25,948 bases of DNA from a virus (lineage: Duplodnaviria > Caudoviricetes): IMG/VR virus record IMGVR_UViG_3300044267_002764, positions 1 through 25,948 of that record; one strand, given 5' to 3'. The position numbers and the translations under genes were made by a program. Positions 14,787-23,976 of this stretch are shown one piece after another (within the stretch, counting starts at the first letter, position 1; every line of letters begins with the position of its first letter). The notes beneath the pieces were generated by a model. It was not told the DNA's origin, did not search any database, and was given only the letters and a program-made list of their open reading frames with translations.

Positions 14787-15198
14787 GGAGATCCTTATGC
14801 ATTACTTCCACACGCATTTTAACGTATATCCAAACCCACAAGGTAAAGTACACGCCAGTAACAACCAAGCTGCGACCAACGTCGCCAGCGGCAAACTCGG
14901 GATCATTGAAGACGTTGACCAGGAATCGGGTGGTCGAGAAGATGTACAACAGCAAGTATGTACCGACAAAGCGGGAGCAGGATCGGACGTTAGGCAAGCT
15001 GAACAACATGCCCAAGGCGACTACAAAGTACAGGCAGTACTGAAAGTAGGCCCACTCATTGCCCCCATCGATGGCCTCGCCGTAGCTCATCCAAAGCACG
15101 CGGTTGTTGGCAAGGTCAGCGATGTTCCAGAACAACAGCAGGGGTCCGTAGTCGTGGTAGACCAGGATGTCCTTGTATGCCTTGAAGAAGCCTCGCAT
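14779..15198 (-). CDS. Multi-pass membrane protein (139 aa)
   Basis: Three or four hydrophobic segments; start taken at ATG 15198. Confidence 0.7.
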   Translation of the reverse strand: MRGFFKAYKDILVYHDYGPLLLFWNIADLANNRVLWMSYGEAIDGGNEWAYFQYCLYFVVALGMLFSLPNVRSCSRFVGTYLLLYIFSTTRFLVNVFNDPEFAAGDVGRSLVVTGVYFTLWVWIYVKMRVEVMHKDLRG

Positions 15199-15233
15199 TG
15201 AAACACTTATAACACCACAAAAGGAGAAACAAC

Positions 15234-15551
15234 ATGACACTGCTAACCATGCTCATAGGCATGGCTTTGGCTCAAGATTTTGATAACGGTTCTTACCGCT
15301 ACAGGATCTTTAGCGAAGCCGTGAAGGATGAACGATGGATTGTTCAAGCATCAAACGGGTATTACGACTGCAAGGCAACAATAAAATGCGTAGGCCTTAC
15401 GGACGGAATGATCATCAGGTCGCACAAGCCGACTTGGTATGACCCTTTGGTCATCTACTATATGGTTGACTGGACCCCGAAAAGCTGCGAGCTAAAAAGC
15501 TGCACAGTGGCACCGGAGATCACATACGAAGACCTGAAGAGCCCAAGGTGA
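15234..15551 (+). CDS. Secreted/periplasmic protein with signal peptide
   Basis: AAGGAG RBS; MTLLTMLIGMALA-QD cleavage-like site; four Cys. Confidence 0.7.
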   Translation: MTLLTMLIGMALAQDFDNGSYRYRIFSEAVKDERWIVQASNGYYDCKATIKCVGLTDGMIIRSHKPTWYDPLVIYYMVDWTPKSCELKSCTVAPEITYEDLKSPR

Positions 15552-15929
15552 TCAAGTATTCGAGAAGGCCATTGTGATGGATACTGGAGACTTTGGAGCG
15601 CTAACGGCATTGTTATTGCCTGACACCCCTGCTTGGGTCGAGCACCATACTCGAAGCCCAGCAAGAATTGGGTACCCTGTTCCACAGTAGATGGAGCAGG
15701 TGCCGTTTGGCCCGCAGTAAAAGATGTTGTCGTACTGAGTTGCAGTATTGCCACCACTTGCCGCCCAGTTAATGCGAACCCAAACACCGGAAGAATTCGG
15801 ATTTGTGATCTCAAGGGCATACAGTGTCGTATTCGCACCGTTGAACGTCTCAAGATCAAGATCAGCTTGTGAGTCTACGGCTATCGTAGTGTAGAGCTTA
15901 TCGGCAATCGCGCTTGTATTTACAGCCAT
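15552..15929 (-). CDS. Beta-rich putative virion protein, paralog type B
   Basis: LYALEITNPNS...YC...G.P...GL.VW...AP; similar to 24942-25334. Confidence 0.7.
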   Translation of the reverse strand: MAVNTSAIADKLYTTIAVDSQADLDLETFNGANTTLYALEITNPNSSGVWVRINWAASGGNTATQYDNIFYCGPNGTCSIYCGTGYPILAGLRVWCSTQAGVSGNNNAVSAPKSPVSITMAFSNT

Positions 15930-15938
15930 AACAGCACC

Positions 15939-16307
15939 CTATGAGCAAACGAATGTAATTTTAACAGTACCACCGGGAGCATCGGTATCCGACGTGTTGG
16001 GGCCATCATTACACCAGAATGTAAGTTGGTTAAATGGAATCCCATCTGGGAAATCAAACCTCTTTGCTGTGGCGGCTCCCAGTCTCCACATAAAGTCAGG
16101 CTCGCTTGTTCCTGCGGTGTACGTGCCAGAAGTTGTCTTCATCTTAAAGTACACGGTAGCGCTATGAAGATTGTCGATATCAAGGGACAGAATCGTTCCT
16201 GGGGTCCCAAGAGCGTCAACATTCGCTGTTGCGCCAGATGCGCTCTCGTAAACAATCTTGTGCCTAAGACCGCCAGCGGAGCCGTAGCTACTAACTTGAA
16301 GAGCCAT
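15939..16307 (-). CDS. Beta-rich putative virion protein, paralog type A
   Basis: GAGG-ATG 16307; KIVYESAS...G.ILSLDIDN...PDGIPF..LTF...APGGTVKITFVCS; similar to 25341-25703. Confidence 0.7.
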   Translation of the reverse strand: MALQVSSYGSAGGLRHKIVYESASGATANVDALGTPGTILSLDIDNLHSATVYFKMKTTSGTYTAGTSEPDFMWRLGAATAKRFDFPDGIPFNQLTFWCNDGPNTSDTDAPGGTVKITFVCS

Positions 16308-16409
16308 ATTAATCCTCACACAGCAAAGAATTTAACTATTGCTATCATAGCAAACAGGGAGCGACAGCGCCCGTAAAAGATTTGAACAACATGTAGTGTA
16401 GCGCACTCC

Positions 16410-16438
16410 TTGACACGGTGCTTGGTGTGCCCTACGGT
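16410..16438 (+). promoter_or_regulatory. Sigma70-type promoter of the primase/helicase operon
   Basis: TTGACA-17 nt-TACGGT. Confidence 0.6.
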
Positions 16439-16461
16439 GACAACACTAACAAGGGGGCAAA

Positions 16462-16728
16462 ATGCCAGACAAAATTGTAATCGACACCACAAATGCACTC
16501 CAAGCGCTTTTTGATCACGTTGGCGGAAGCTATCGCGAGTGCGCAAACCTGATGGGCTGCGGACATACGCACCTGTGGGGCGTCCTTAATGGAACGCGAC
16601 CACCAGCAACCATTGACACTGTGGTTCGATATGCCGCAAGAGTGGGCAAAGAGACTGGAATCTCGATGTCTCTGCTCATTACTGACCAACAGCAGGTGAT
16701 GTACAAAATCAAGCCAGCGCAAAACTAA
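16462..16728 (+). CDS. XRE/Cro-like HTH regulator
   Basis: SYRECANLMGCGHTHLWGVLNG.R.P HTH pattern. Confidence 0.7.
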   Translation: MPDKIVIDTTNALQALFDHVGGSYRECANLMGCGHTHLWGVLNGTRPPATIDTVVRYAARVGKETGISMSLLITDQQQVMYKIKPAQN

Positions 16729-16749
16729 AGACACCACGGAGAAACAACA

Positions 16750-17760
16750 GTGTGGCTGAAAAAAGTAGAATCTATATCTGTATCTGGAATAGCAAGAAGT
16801 TTAGGGATGACTCCTGGGAGGAGCGGGTCCTTTGGCCCTTGTCCATCTTGCGGCGCTGAGCAGCGGGGAAGCACAGACAAGCGCGGACCAATTGGCTTAA
16901 GAAGGGATGACCTTGGATGGAAATGCCACAAATGTGACATAGGCGGATCGGGTATAGACCTTGTTTGCTACAACATTTGCGGGTCTAACTTTGTGGGGGC
17001 TTCCGACAGGGACAGAGACAAGACCAGAGAGTGGTTTGAGAAATCAAAGAACCTTGAAGTGATCACACCAGAGAAGGCCGCCAGCAAGCAAAACGCTCGC
17101 CCTCCTGCAAAGGAAGTCCAGTCTCTCTGGAAAAGCTCTCTTAAGCTTCATGAGATCCCAAAGGATGACCCCATCTTTTCATTCTTGGAGTCCAGAAAAC
17201 TAGATCTGGAGTCTCTTGCTCGTACAGGTGTTGCTCGCGTTACTCCAAATAGAAACGCATATCTGTGGCCGAAGTGGTGGCCGGGAGGTCGCAGCATGAC
17301 ATGGAGGCTTATTGTCCCTGCGTTTGACGCAGAGGGTAGGTTTTGCAGCATTCACGCCAGAGCCGTGTGTGACACAAACGGAGCACCCAAGACGCTATGG
17401 CCGAGTGGGTTTCAAGCCGGTGGTTTGTTTATGCCAAACAGGCACGCCGTAAAGATGATGAAGGGAAGCGTTGAAGACCTTGACGGGGTTCTTTTTGTAG
17501 AAGGGATTACTGATTTTATTAAGGTGTCATCAGAGGCCGAGAAAGAGTCTATTAAGCTTGCTGTGCTTGGTGGAACCTCTGGCTCATTTGGAAGTGTGGG
17601 CAAGCTCAACATCCCAGAAGGTGTAGACGTATTTGTCGGGACAGACCCAGACGCCAAGGGTGACGAGTACGCCAGAACAATCCAGATGCAACTTGGCTCT
17701 CGAGTTTGTTATCGTCTTCCTCTTGCTGAAGTAGAGGGAGGCGAAGGTGAAAGACCTTGA
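16750..17760 (+). CDS. DNA primase (Zn ribbon plus TOPRIM)
   Basis: GPCPSCG...DR...WKCHKC; VEGITD and DPD.KG TOPRIM motifs; GGAG-GTG start. Confidence 0.85.
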   Translation: MWLKKVESISVSGIARSLGMTPGRSGSFGPCPSCGAEQRGSTDKRGPIGLRRDDLGWKCHKCDIGGSGIDLVCYNICGSNFVGASDRDRDKTREWFEKSKNLEVITPEKAASKQNARPPAKEVQSLWKSSLKLHEIPKDDPIFSFLESRKLDLESLARTGVARVTPNRNAYLWPKWWPGGRSMTWRLIVPAFDAEGRFCSIHARAVCDTNGAPKTLWPSGFQAGGLFMPNRHAVKMMKGSVEDLDGVLFVEGITDFIKVSSEAEKESIKLAVLGGTSGSFGSVGKLNIPEGVDVFVGTDPDAKGDEYARTIQMQLGSRVCYRLPLAEVEGGEGERP

Positions 17761-19084
17761 TCAAATACTAAACGGGGAGCCTGGCTCACCAACCCTCTCC
17801 CAGCTACTCAGTGATGCAAAGGATGCATACAATCGAGGCGACCAAGTCGGGCCCCAAGCCCGAGTTGTATCGCGCCTTGAGGTGACAACGAAGAGGGACG
17901 GAACTGAAAAGGTAGCCTCAACTGTTCCAAACTTGATCACCATCCTTCAATACGATCGAAGATGGGCTGGAAGGGTTTGGCTGGACACCTTCAGAAACGT
18001 CATCAAGATGGATGACAAAGACTTTTCTGATACGGATGCAACTCGCATCAAGAGATGGATGCACCGACATTACGATGTACACTTCAGTACTGACTGCATT
18101 CTTGAGTCTATTGGATTCTTTGCCGAAGAGAACGGCAAGAACCCCTTGGTTGACTGGCTTAAGGAAATTGAATGGGACGGTACTCCACGCATTGACGAGT
18201 GGCTTGTCAGGGCTGTTGGGGCAGAGGACACAAAGCTTACGCGAGAGATGGGCAGGCGATGGCTTGTTCAGTGCATTGCCCGCGCCATGGATCCTGGCTG
18301 TAAGGCAGACTGTGTACTGATCCTGGTTGGACCTCAAGGCGCAAGGAAGAGCACGACATTCAGGCTTCTGGCTTCAGATGAGTACTTTTGCGACACACCT
18401 ATGGATATCGGGTCAAGCAACGCCTACATGCAGATTCACCGAGCGTGGCTGTATGAGGTTGCCGAGCTTGACTCTATTCGTCGAGCGCACAACTCATCCA
18501 CTAAAGCGTTCCTCTCAGCGCAGGAGGACACCTTCAGGCCCCCATACGGTCGCATGCCAATCACACTTAAGAGGCACACCGTTTTCTGTGGAACTACCAA
18601 CAAGGGTGAGTTCATTACAGACATGACTGGCTCTCGAAGGTACTGGCCTGTACAGATTGGTACAATCGATACTGACTGGACGGTCAGTAACAGGTCGCAG
18701 ATATGGGCAGAAGCTGTCGTTGCATACAATAACGGCGAGAAGTGGTACCTTGAGAATGAGGCCGCGCAGGAGCTTGAGGCTCAGTCATCTGACTTCAGGC
18801 AATACGACCCATGGCACGAAGTTATTGAAGAATGGCTGATAGGGAACATGAGAAAGTCATCAACCAGCGAGATAATGACCCAAGCCCTGAGTTTGGAAAA
18901 GTACCAGATGACCAGAAACAACGAGATGCGTGTTGGAGACATCATGCGTCAGCTTGGGTATGAGCGGGTACGCAGAAGAATAATGGGCCAGAGAACCTAC
19001 GTATGGGTAAAGGATAAAGACGACAACGTTATGCCAATGAAGAAGCCATCTCTCGTTGAAAAATCTGAAGGAGGGGAGGCATAG
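17747..19084 (+). CDS. VapE/VirE-like P-loop helicase
   Basis: WDG.PR, PGCKAD, GPQGARKST, E.AEL, D.FRPPYGR, GTTN, D.TGSRRYWP. Confidence 0.92.
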   Translation: MKDLDQILNGEPGSPTLSQLLSDAKDAYNRGDQVGPQARVVSRLEVTTKRDGTEKVASTVPNLITILQYDRRWAGRVWLDTFRNVIKMDDKDFSDTDATRIKRWMHRHYDVHFSTDCILESIGFFAEENGKNPLVDWLKEIEWDGTPRIDEWLVRAVGAEDTKLTREMGRRWLVQCIARAMDPGCKADCVLILVGPQGARKSTTFRLLASDEYFCDTPMDIGSSNAYMQIHRAWLYEVAELDSIRRAHNSSTKAFLSAQEDTFRPPYGRMPITLKRHTVFCGTTNKGEFITDMTGSRRYWPVQIGTIDTDWTVSNRSQIWAEAVVAYNNGEKWYLENEAAQELEAQSSDFRQYDPWHEVIEEWLIGNMRKSSTSEIMTQALSLEKYQMTRNNEMRVGDIMRQLGYERVRRRIMGQRTYVWVKDKDDNVMPMKKPSLVEKSEGGEA

Positions 19085-19689
19085 TGTCTGCATCAGCGCA
19101 TGGAATAGAAGACATGTCTACCTTTGTAGACAAGTACCTGACCGAAGACGACAAGTCGATTATCCTCAAAAAATCAGGGACACCAAGGGCCATTGGTGAT
19201 GGAAACAAGTTTCTGCTGCATTCAAATGCATCAATGGTAAAAAAGTTCATCGATGACGGGCATTACACTCAGTTTATTGCATATGGACTGGATTACATCA
19301 TGCTTCAGACATCGAGCACGTTTGTCGCTAACGTGAGCCAACTTGATGGAATAGAAGACCTCATAGACTTTGCGGATGCGTACTTTTTTGAGTGGTACCA
19401 AGAGGGGTCGCTCGACGATGAAACATTAGACAAAGTATACGTTTGGAGAATGATTACACCATATGTAGCGTTGTCTATGACGGAAAAAGCCCGCCAAGAA
19501 ATGCACAAGGCTGTGGACTACCTTTGGATGTCTCCAGTGCTTTCCGACAAGTCTCTATATGTTCAGTGTTACGACATTGGTCGAAGACTGATTGAAGAGG
19601 CTGTTGAGCATTGGATGGAGAATGCACCAGTCGCGTATAGTGGTTGTGGGTACAACAACATTATCAGGCCCCAGGAAGTAGATGCTTAA
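19084..19689 (+). CDS. Hypothetical protein (201 aa)
   Basis: GGAGG and TAG/GTG overlap with the helicase stop. Confidence 0.75.
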   Translation: MSASAHGIEDMSTFVDKYLTEDDKSIILKKSGTPRAIGDGNKFLLHSNASMVKKFIDDGHYTQFIAYGLDYIMLQTSSTFVANVSQLDGIEDLIDFADAYFFEWYQEGSLDDETLDKVYVWRMITPYVALSMTEKARQEMHKAVDYLWMSPVLSDKSLYVQCYDIGRRLIEEAVEHWMENAPVAYSGCGYNNIIRPQEVDA

Positions 19690-19903
19690 CGAGCACAAAA
19701 AGCAATGGCCCACACCAGATGGATGGACCATTGAGACTACAGATGAGTCTATACAGGTTTTTGATGCAGACGACGACCCTGTTATCGAGGCGATAACCAA
19801 GGACGCCGTTCTTCAAAAAATAGAAGAGCACATCAAATCGCAAGAAAACCATGCTGCATTTGAACTTCTAATGGCAGCACTGAAGGACCCAATAGAGGCC
19901 TGA
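19682..19903 (+). CDS. Hypothetical protein (73 aa)
   Basis: Overlapping start with AGGA RBS. Confidence 0.7.
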   Translation: MLNEHKKQWPTPDGWTIETTDESIQVFDADDDPVIEAITKDAVLQKIEEHIKSQENHAAFELLMAALKDPIEA

Positions 19904-20131
19904 CTACTTCTTCTTAGCAGGGGCCTTCTTCTTAGCAGGGGCCTTCTTCTTAGCCGGGGCCTTTTTAGGCGCAGGCTTTGACGCCTCTGCAAGCTTAGTT
20001 TCAAGCTCATCTACGTACGAGTAGAGGGTAGAAATAACCTCTGTTGAGTTATAGCCGTGGCGACCCCATTTAAGTTTGGTGACAACCCGCATTTGATCGA
20101 CTCTTTCTTTAAGACTCATTGTCTGCTCCAT
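19904..20131 (-). CDS. Small protein with a histone-H1-like APAKKK tail
   Basis: C-terminal PAPKKAPAKKKAPAKKKAPAKKK; three 18-nt tandem repeats at 19907-19960. Confidence 0.7.
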   Translation of the reverse strand: MEQTMSLKERVDQMRVVTKLKWGRHGYNSTEVISTLYSYVDELETKLAEASKPAPKKAPAKKKAPAKKKAPAKKK

Positions 20132-20371
20132 TTATGAACGAAGGCTCGAGTTCAAGCCCGGCCATTCTCTTACAGATACTACACCACCCGTAGCTTTTTC
20201 GATACCAATGGCTAACGGAAGGGATGGCGTTTTTCTTCCGTACTCAAGGTCACGAAGGTATCCAACGCTGAGCTTTAGCTCAAACCTGATCAACTCACCG
20301 TTGAGCCATTGTATGAACAGCACTCTAGTGCTCTTGCCTGGAAGGCTCTTCCGATAATTTTCGATAAGCAT
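20132..20371 (-). CDS. Cro/YdaS-like HTH regulator (79 aa)
   Basis: LSVGYLRDLEYGRKTPSLPLAIGIEKATGGVVS; AAGG-ATG 20371. Confidence 0.75.
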   Translation of the reverse strand: MLIENYRKSLPGKSTRVLFIQWLNGELIRFELKLSVGYLRDLEYGRKTPSLPLAIGIEKATGGVVSVREWPGLNSSLRS

Positions 20372-20391
20372 TTGGCACACCTTGTAAATAA

Positions 20392-20420
20392 AAAATAGCG
20401 CACCGGACAAGTTTTGTCCA
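20392..20420 (-). promoter_or_regulatory. Promoter of the Cro-like gene, overlapped by a palindromic operator
   Basis: Minus-strand TGGACA-17 nt-TATTTT; palindrome GGACAA-gtt-TTGTCC at 20405-20419. Confidence 0.6.
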
Positions 20421-20437
20421 CATGGGGGTGTGGCCCC

Positions 20438-20466
20438 TTGACACACTTCTGGGAAAGAAGTATCTT
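20438..20466 (+). promoter_or_regulatory. Sigma70-type promoter of the recombination operon
   Basis: TTGACA-17 nt-TATCTT followed by AAGGAG RBS. Confidence 0.75.
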
Positions 20467-20485
20467 TCTTGAAGGAGAAACTACC

Positions 20486-21466
20486 ATGAACCAAACTGAG
20501 CGCGAAGCATGGCTTGCTGAGCGAAAAAAAGGCCTTGGCGGAACAGATGTCGCAGCAATCATGATGGCTGGGGCAGACGCTGTAGATAAGATTGGTTCAT
20601 TTGAGAAGAGTCTCTTTAAGATTTGGTCCGAAAAGACAGGTCTTTTTAAATCAGAAGACCAGGACAACTCAGTTTTGATGCGTGGCCGGGTGATGGAGAA
20701 ATACGTATTTGAGCTATACGAGCTTCATTTAGGGGAGGGATGTCGCCTTTGGGAGAAGGGATTAACTTGGCACCCAACTCGGCCACGCATCTTCGGCACA
20801 CCAGACGCAATGGTTGAGCACGGTGGCGTTTCGTTTGGCATGGACGCCAAGACTCGCAGATTTAGAAAGGGGTGGGGGAAGACAGGCACCACCGAAGTAC
20901 CACTAGATGTAGAGGTACAGATGCGAGTTTACATGGAGATATTTGACGCTCCATACTGGGACATTGCCACCTTATTCAGCCTTGATGACTTTAGGGTTTA
21001 TCGCCTGGAAAGAGACAAGGAGCTTGGCCAGCAAATACTCGATGTCGCAGAAGAGTGGTGGGAGAAGTACGTTGCATCTGAAACCCCGCCACCACCAGAC
21101 GGCACAGACATGTGCCGAGAGGCTCTTGGTAAAGTCTTTAAGGTTAATCCTAAGACCATAGACCAGCCGCTCAGGACAGCAAGCGTTGCCGAGCGGGACC
21201 TCTACGAAAAGATACTCAAAGCCAAAGCAGAGCACAAGGCTGCTACAGAGAAGAAGACCGAGCTAGAAAACCAGCTAAGAAGCTGCATCGGCGAGGACAT
21301 GGGCATTGCTGGGGTGGCAACATGGAAGCCATCTAAGCCACGGCAAAACTTCGATAAGAAAAGATTCGCAAGCGATCACCCAGATCTGTACAAAGAGTAC
21401 GTTACTGAGAGTCCAGGCAACCGGACACTACGAATAATGGAGCCAAAAAATGACGACAGCAATTAG
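20486..21466 (+). CDS. YqaJ/lambda-exonuclease family protein
   Basis: WLAERKKGLGGTDVAAI, RGRVME, GTPDA, DAKT, Q...YM. Confidence 0.9.
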   Translation: MNQTEREAWLAERKKGLGGTDVAAIMMAGADAVDKIGSFEKSLFKIWSEKTGLFKSEDQDNSVLMRGRVMEKYVFELYELHLGEGCRLWEKGLTWHPTRPRIFGTPDAMVEHGGVSFGMDAKTRRFRKGWGKTGTTEVPLDVEVQMRVYMEIFDAPYWDIATLFSLDDFRVYRLERDKELGQQILDVAEEWWEKYVASETPPPPDGTDMCREALGKVFKVNPKTIDQPLRTASVAERDLYEKILKAKAEHKAATEKKTELENQLRSCIGEDMGIAGVATWKPSKPRQNFDKKRFASDHPDLYKEYVTESPGNRTLRIMEPKNDDSN

Positions 21467-22337
21467 CCGCAGAGACCAACTTACAGCCCTCAATCAATTT
21501 CTTGGAACCAAGAAGAAAAGCCTGACTCAGATTGCACCGAAGGGCGCAGACGTGGATCGCATCATTCGCATTGCGATGATGGAAGCAGCCAAGAATGAGC
21601 GCCTTGTTCAGTGTTCTCCGACTTCGGTCTACTTGGCTTTGGCGAAAGCCTGTGAGCTTGACCTTATTGGTGGCGGCGCGCTTCACCGAGCATCTCTTGT
21701 GCCCATGTGGAACAAGCGAGCAAAGTGCTTCGATGCTGAGCTTTGGATTGAGTACACGGGCCTGATGGACCTGGTAAAGCGCTCTGGCGAGGTTGCTCAC
21801 TTTAAAGCTGAGATAGTGTACGAGAACGATGAGTTCGAGCATTCGTTTGATCTTGAGCAAGGGGAGATCCTCAAGCACAAGAAATGCTACCAAGATCCTG
21901 GTGAGATGCTCTTGGCTTACGCGGTGTGCTTCTACAAAGATGGCCAGCGCCAAGTCGAGGTGATGCGAAAGGATCAGATCAACAAGATCAGACAGTCATC
22001 TCGAAGTCCCGATAGTGGACCATGGTCGCAGCACACAGAAGAAATGTGGCGCAAAACCGTTATTCGGCGCATCTGCAAGTACCTGCCGCTTACGCCAAGA
22101 ACACAGGAAGTTCTTGCCCACGACATCAAGTCAGACTTTGAGGAAGACTCGTGGTCAGACCAAAATATTGATGACAATGGTGTTTCTGCTGCCAATGGTG
22201 TTACAATCGAACAGAACGTTATCGATGTCCAGCCGGACGAAAAACCAAAGAGGCAGCGGAAATCAAAGGTTAAGGACTTGGTCGAGAAGGCCAAAGATAG
22301 TAATCTTCCCGAGCCAGAAGAAGACTTCACAGAGTAG
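21450..22337 (+). CDS. recT: RecT-family single-strand annealing protein
   Basis: L.QC.P.S, YTGLMDLVKRSG, VYENDEF, GPW.....EMWRKTVIRR..KYLP. Confidence 0.9.
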   Translation: MTTAISRRDQLTALNQFLGTKKKSLTQIAPKGADVDRIIRIAMMEAAKNERLVQCSPTSVYLALAKACELDLIGGGALHRASLVPMWNKRAKCFDAELWIEYTGLMDLVKRSGEVAHFKAEIVYENDEFEHSFDLEQGEILKHKKCYQDPGEMLLAYAVCFYKDGQRQVEVMRKDQINKIRQSSRSPDSGPWSQHTEEMWRKTVIRRICKYLPLTPRTQEVLAHDIKSDFEEDSWSDQNIDDNGVSAANGVTIEQNVIDVQPDEKPKRQRKSKVKDLVEKAKDSNLPEPEEDFTE

Positions 22338-22345
22338 GAGAATGA

Positions 22346-23014
22346 ATGTCGCTCATTGACCAGATCGCAGAAGGCGGAAAGAACAAACTGAAGATGTCTG
22401 AATCGGCAGGTACCAAGCAGGGCCCACCAAAGATGATTCAGGCAACAGACTTTATGTCTATTGTTCGAGAAGTCTACGAGTCAAAAGTTGTGGACAAGAA
22501 GTCCAAGAAGGACTTTAAAGGCTTTCGCACACGCCTTCGTAAGGCAGAGTGGCCACTTGAGGGAGTAATGGGCAAGGTGGACAAGAAGGCATGGACGGAG
22601 ATGTGCGAAGACACTATCAAGTACATGATTAAAAACATTCGCAATTCTCAGCCAAACGGTGAGTGGACGCTTCTCGACTATGAAGCAGACATTCGGATGA
22701 ATCCCCTGAACCAGGAATCGATTGTTGTTGCATGCAAGTTCGTTGATGCTGAAAACAATGGGGATCTTCGCTACCAGAACGGCGTCCCTGCTGTCGATGT
22801 CAACATCAACATGGCTGACAACAACAAAGAGCTTATTGAGGCCATCAGTAAGAAGACTGAAGAGTCTGACGATACAGAGCTAAAGGACCTGATGAAGCAA
22901 TTCATTCAAGTCATGGCTGCTGATGTAATCAAGAAGAAGGCCGCAGAGCCAGCACCGGCACCAGCGCTTCAAGAGGATGCCCCAGAAGACCTTGCACAAG
23001 GCTTTGAGGGCTAA
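22346..23014 (+). CDS. Hypothetical protein with acidic tail (222 aa)
   Basis: AGGAG RBS; follows recT. Confidence 0.8.
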   Translation: MSLIDQIAEGGKNKLKMSESAGTKQGPPKMIQATDFMSIVREVYESKVVDKKSKKDFKGFRTRLRKAEWPLEGVMGKVDKKAWTEMCEDTIKYMIKNIRNSQPNGEWTLLDYEADIRMNPLNQESIVVACKFVDAENNGDLRYQNGVPAVDVNINMADNNKELIEAISKKTEESDDTELKDLMKQFIQVMAADVIKKKAAEPAPAPALQEDAPEDLAQGFEG

Positions 23015-23095
23015 GATCCCCCCTTGCCCCCTTGGCATGCCACACGACAGCATGAACTGTGGACCCTGCCGCCAGGGGGGTTTAGGGGCAGATCT
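23013..23095. terminator. GC-rich stem-loop between convergent operons
   Basis: cccccttggc pairs with gccagggggg, enclosing ccaca/tgtgg; alternative tgcccc/ggggca pairing. Confidence 0.5.
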
Positions 23096-23400
23096 TACGA
23101 CTTTTCTATAATGCGCTCAAGCTTGGCAACAATGTCGTTGTGAACCTTGGTGCGTGTAATCAAAAAGTCTTTTGATTGCTCTTCTATTTGGCTTCGGTAT
23201 TCATCGATTACTCGATCGTACCGCTCACGCATCTTCTCAGACCGAGACTCATACTCTTTGCGGATCTCGTCCAGTTGCTCTTGAAAGCCCTCTACAAGCT
23301 TATCCAGGCGCTTCTGCATGGTCATAAACTGGTAGACCAGAAACGCTGCGAAGACCCCTAAGTGTCCCCCCGACAATAGTGTGTCTATGAGGGCTTCCAC
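23095..23400 (-). CDS. Holin-like protein (one TM plus coiled coil)
   Basis: GHLGVFAAFLVYQF TM segment; directly after the lysin-like gene. Confidence 0.55.
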   Translation of the reverse strand: MEALIDTLLSGGHLGVFAAFLVYQFMTMQKRLDKLVEGFQEQLDEIRKEYESRSEKMRERYDRVIDEYRSQIEEQSKDFLITRTKVHNDIVAKLERIIEKS

Positions 23401-23976
23401 TTAAAACTCCGGTTCGTCAATCAGCGTATACGTAAAGCTGTTACCCCACTTGCTTTTGGCTGCGTAGCAGATACTCATAAATTCCTCAAAGTCCGCACTG
23501 TGGCTGAATACCTGGCATCCGGCAGACCACTTATCTACTTGCGTTGACGCGGATCCAGCCTTGTGTATATTGATTCCGTAATAGCCTTCAGTAATAGACT
23601 GTATATCAAGGTCAACAATAGCGTCTTTATTGCTATCACGAAAAGTCTTGACTGTACCGTTTCTCTGGCAGAGCGCGTCATACTTCCCTTGATGCTTGTC
23701 AATCTTCCAAACGGACCTGTACTGGCCTGGCACTAGAATAGCAGTTCCATGAACGTTGGTGGGGTGCTCAAGCCAGTATTTTCCAGGCTCTGTTGTGCAT
23801 TCCCAAGTACGTGTGACCCAGCCCTGCTCGTCCTTAAAGACCGCGCAGATGCGATCGTCAAAGCTATTGGCCTTGTGATCTCTGCTTCGGATGCCAATGA
23901 TGTTCAGGTTGTATTCGCCTTTCTCAAACACAACGTGACCAAGGGACTCCACATAATCCAACAGGATAGGGCGCAT
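23401..23976 (-). CDS. Putative endolysin, L,D-transpeptidase (YkuD)-like Cys/His enzyme
   Basis: GINIH...WSAGCQV matches the H...SxGC catalytic pattern; lysis-gene context. Confidence 0.7.
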   Translation of the reverse strand: MRPILLDYVESLGHVVFEKGEYNLNIIGIRSRDHKANSFDDRICAVFKDEQGWVTRTWECTTEPGKYWLEHPTNVHGTAILVPGQYRSVWKIDKHQGKYDALCQRNGTVKTFRDSNKDAIVDLDIQSITEGYYGINIHKAGSASTQVDKWSAGCQVFSHSADFEEFMSICYAAKSKWGNSFTYTLIDEPEF

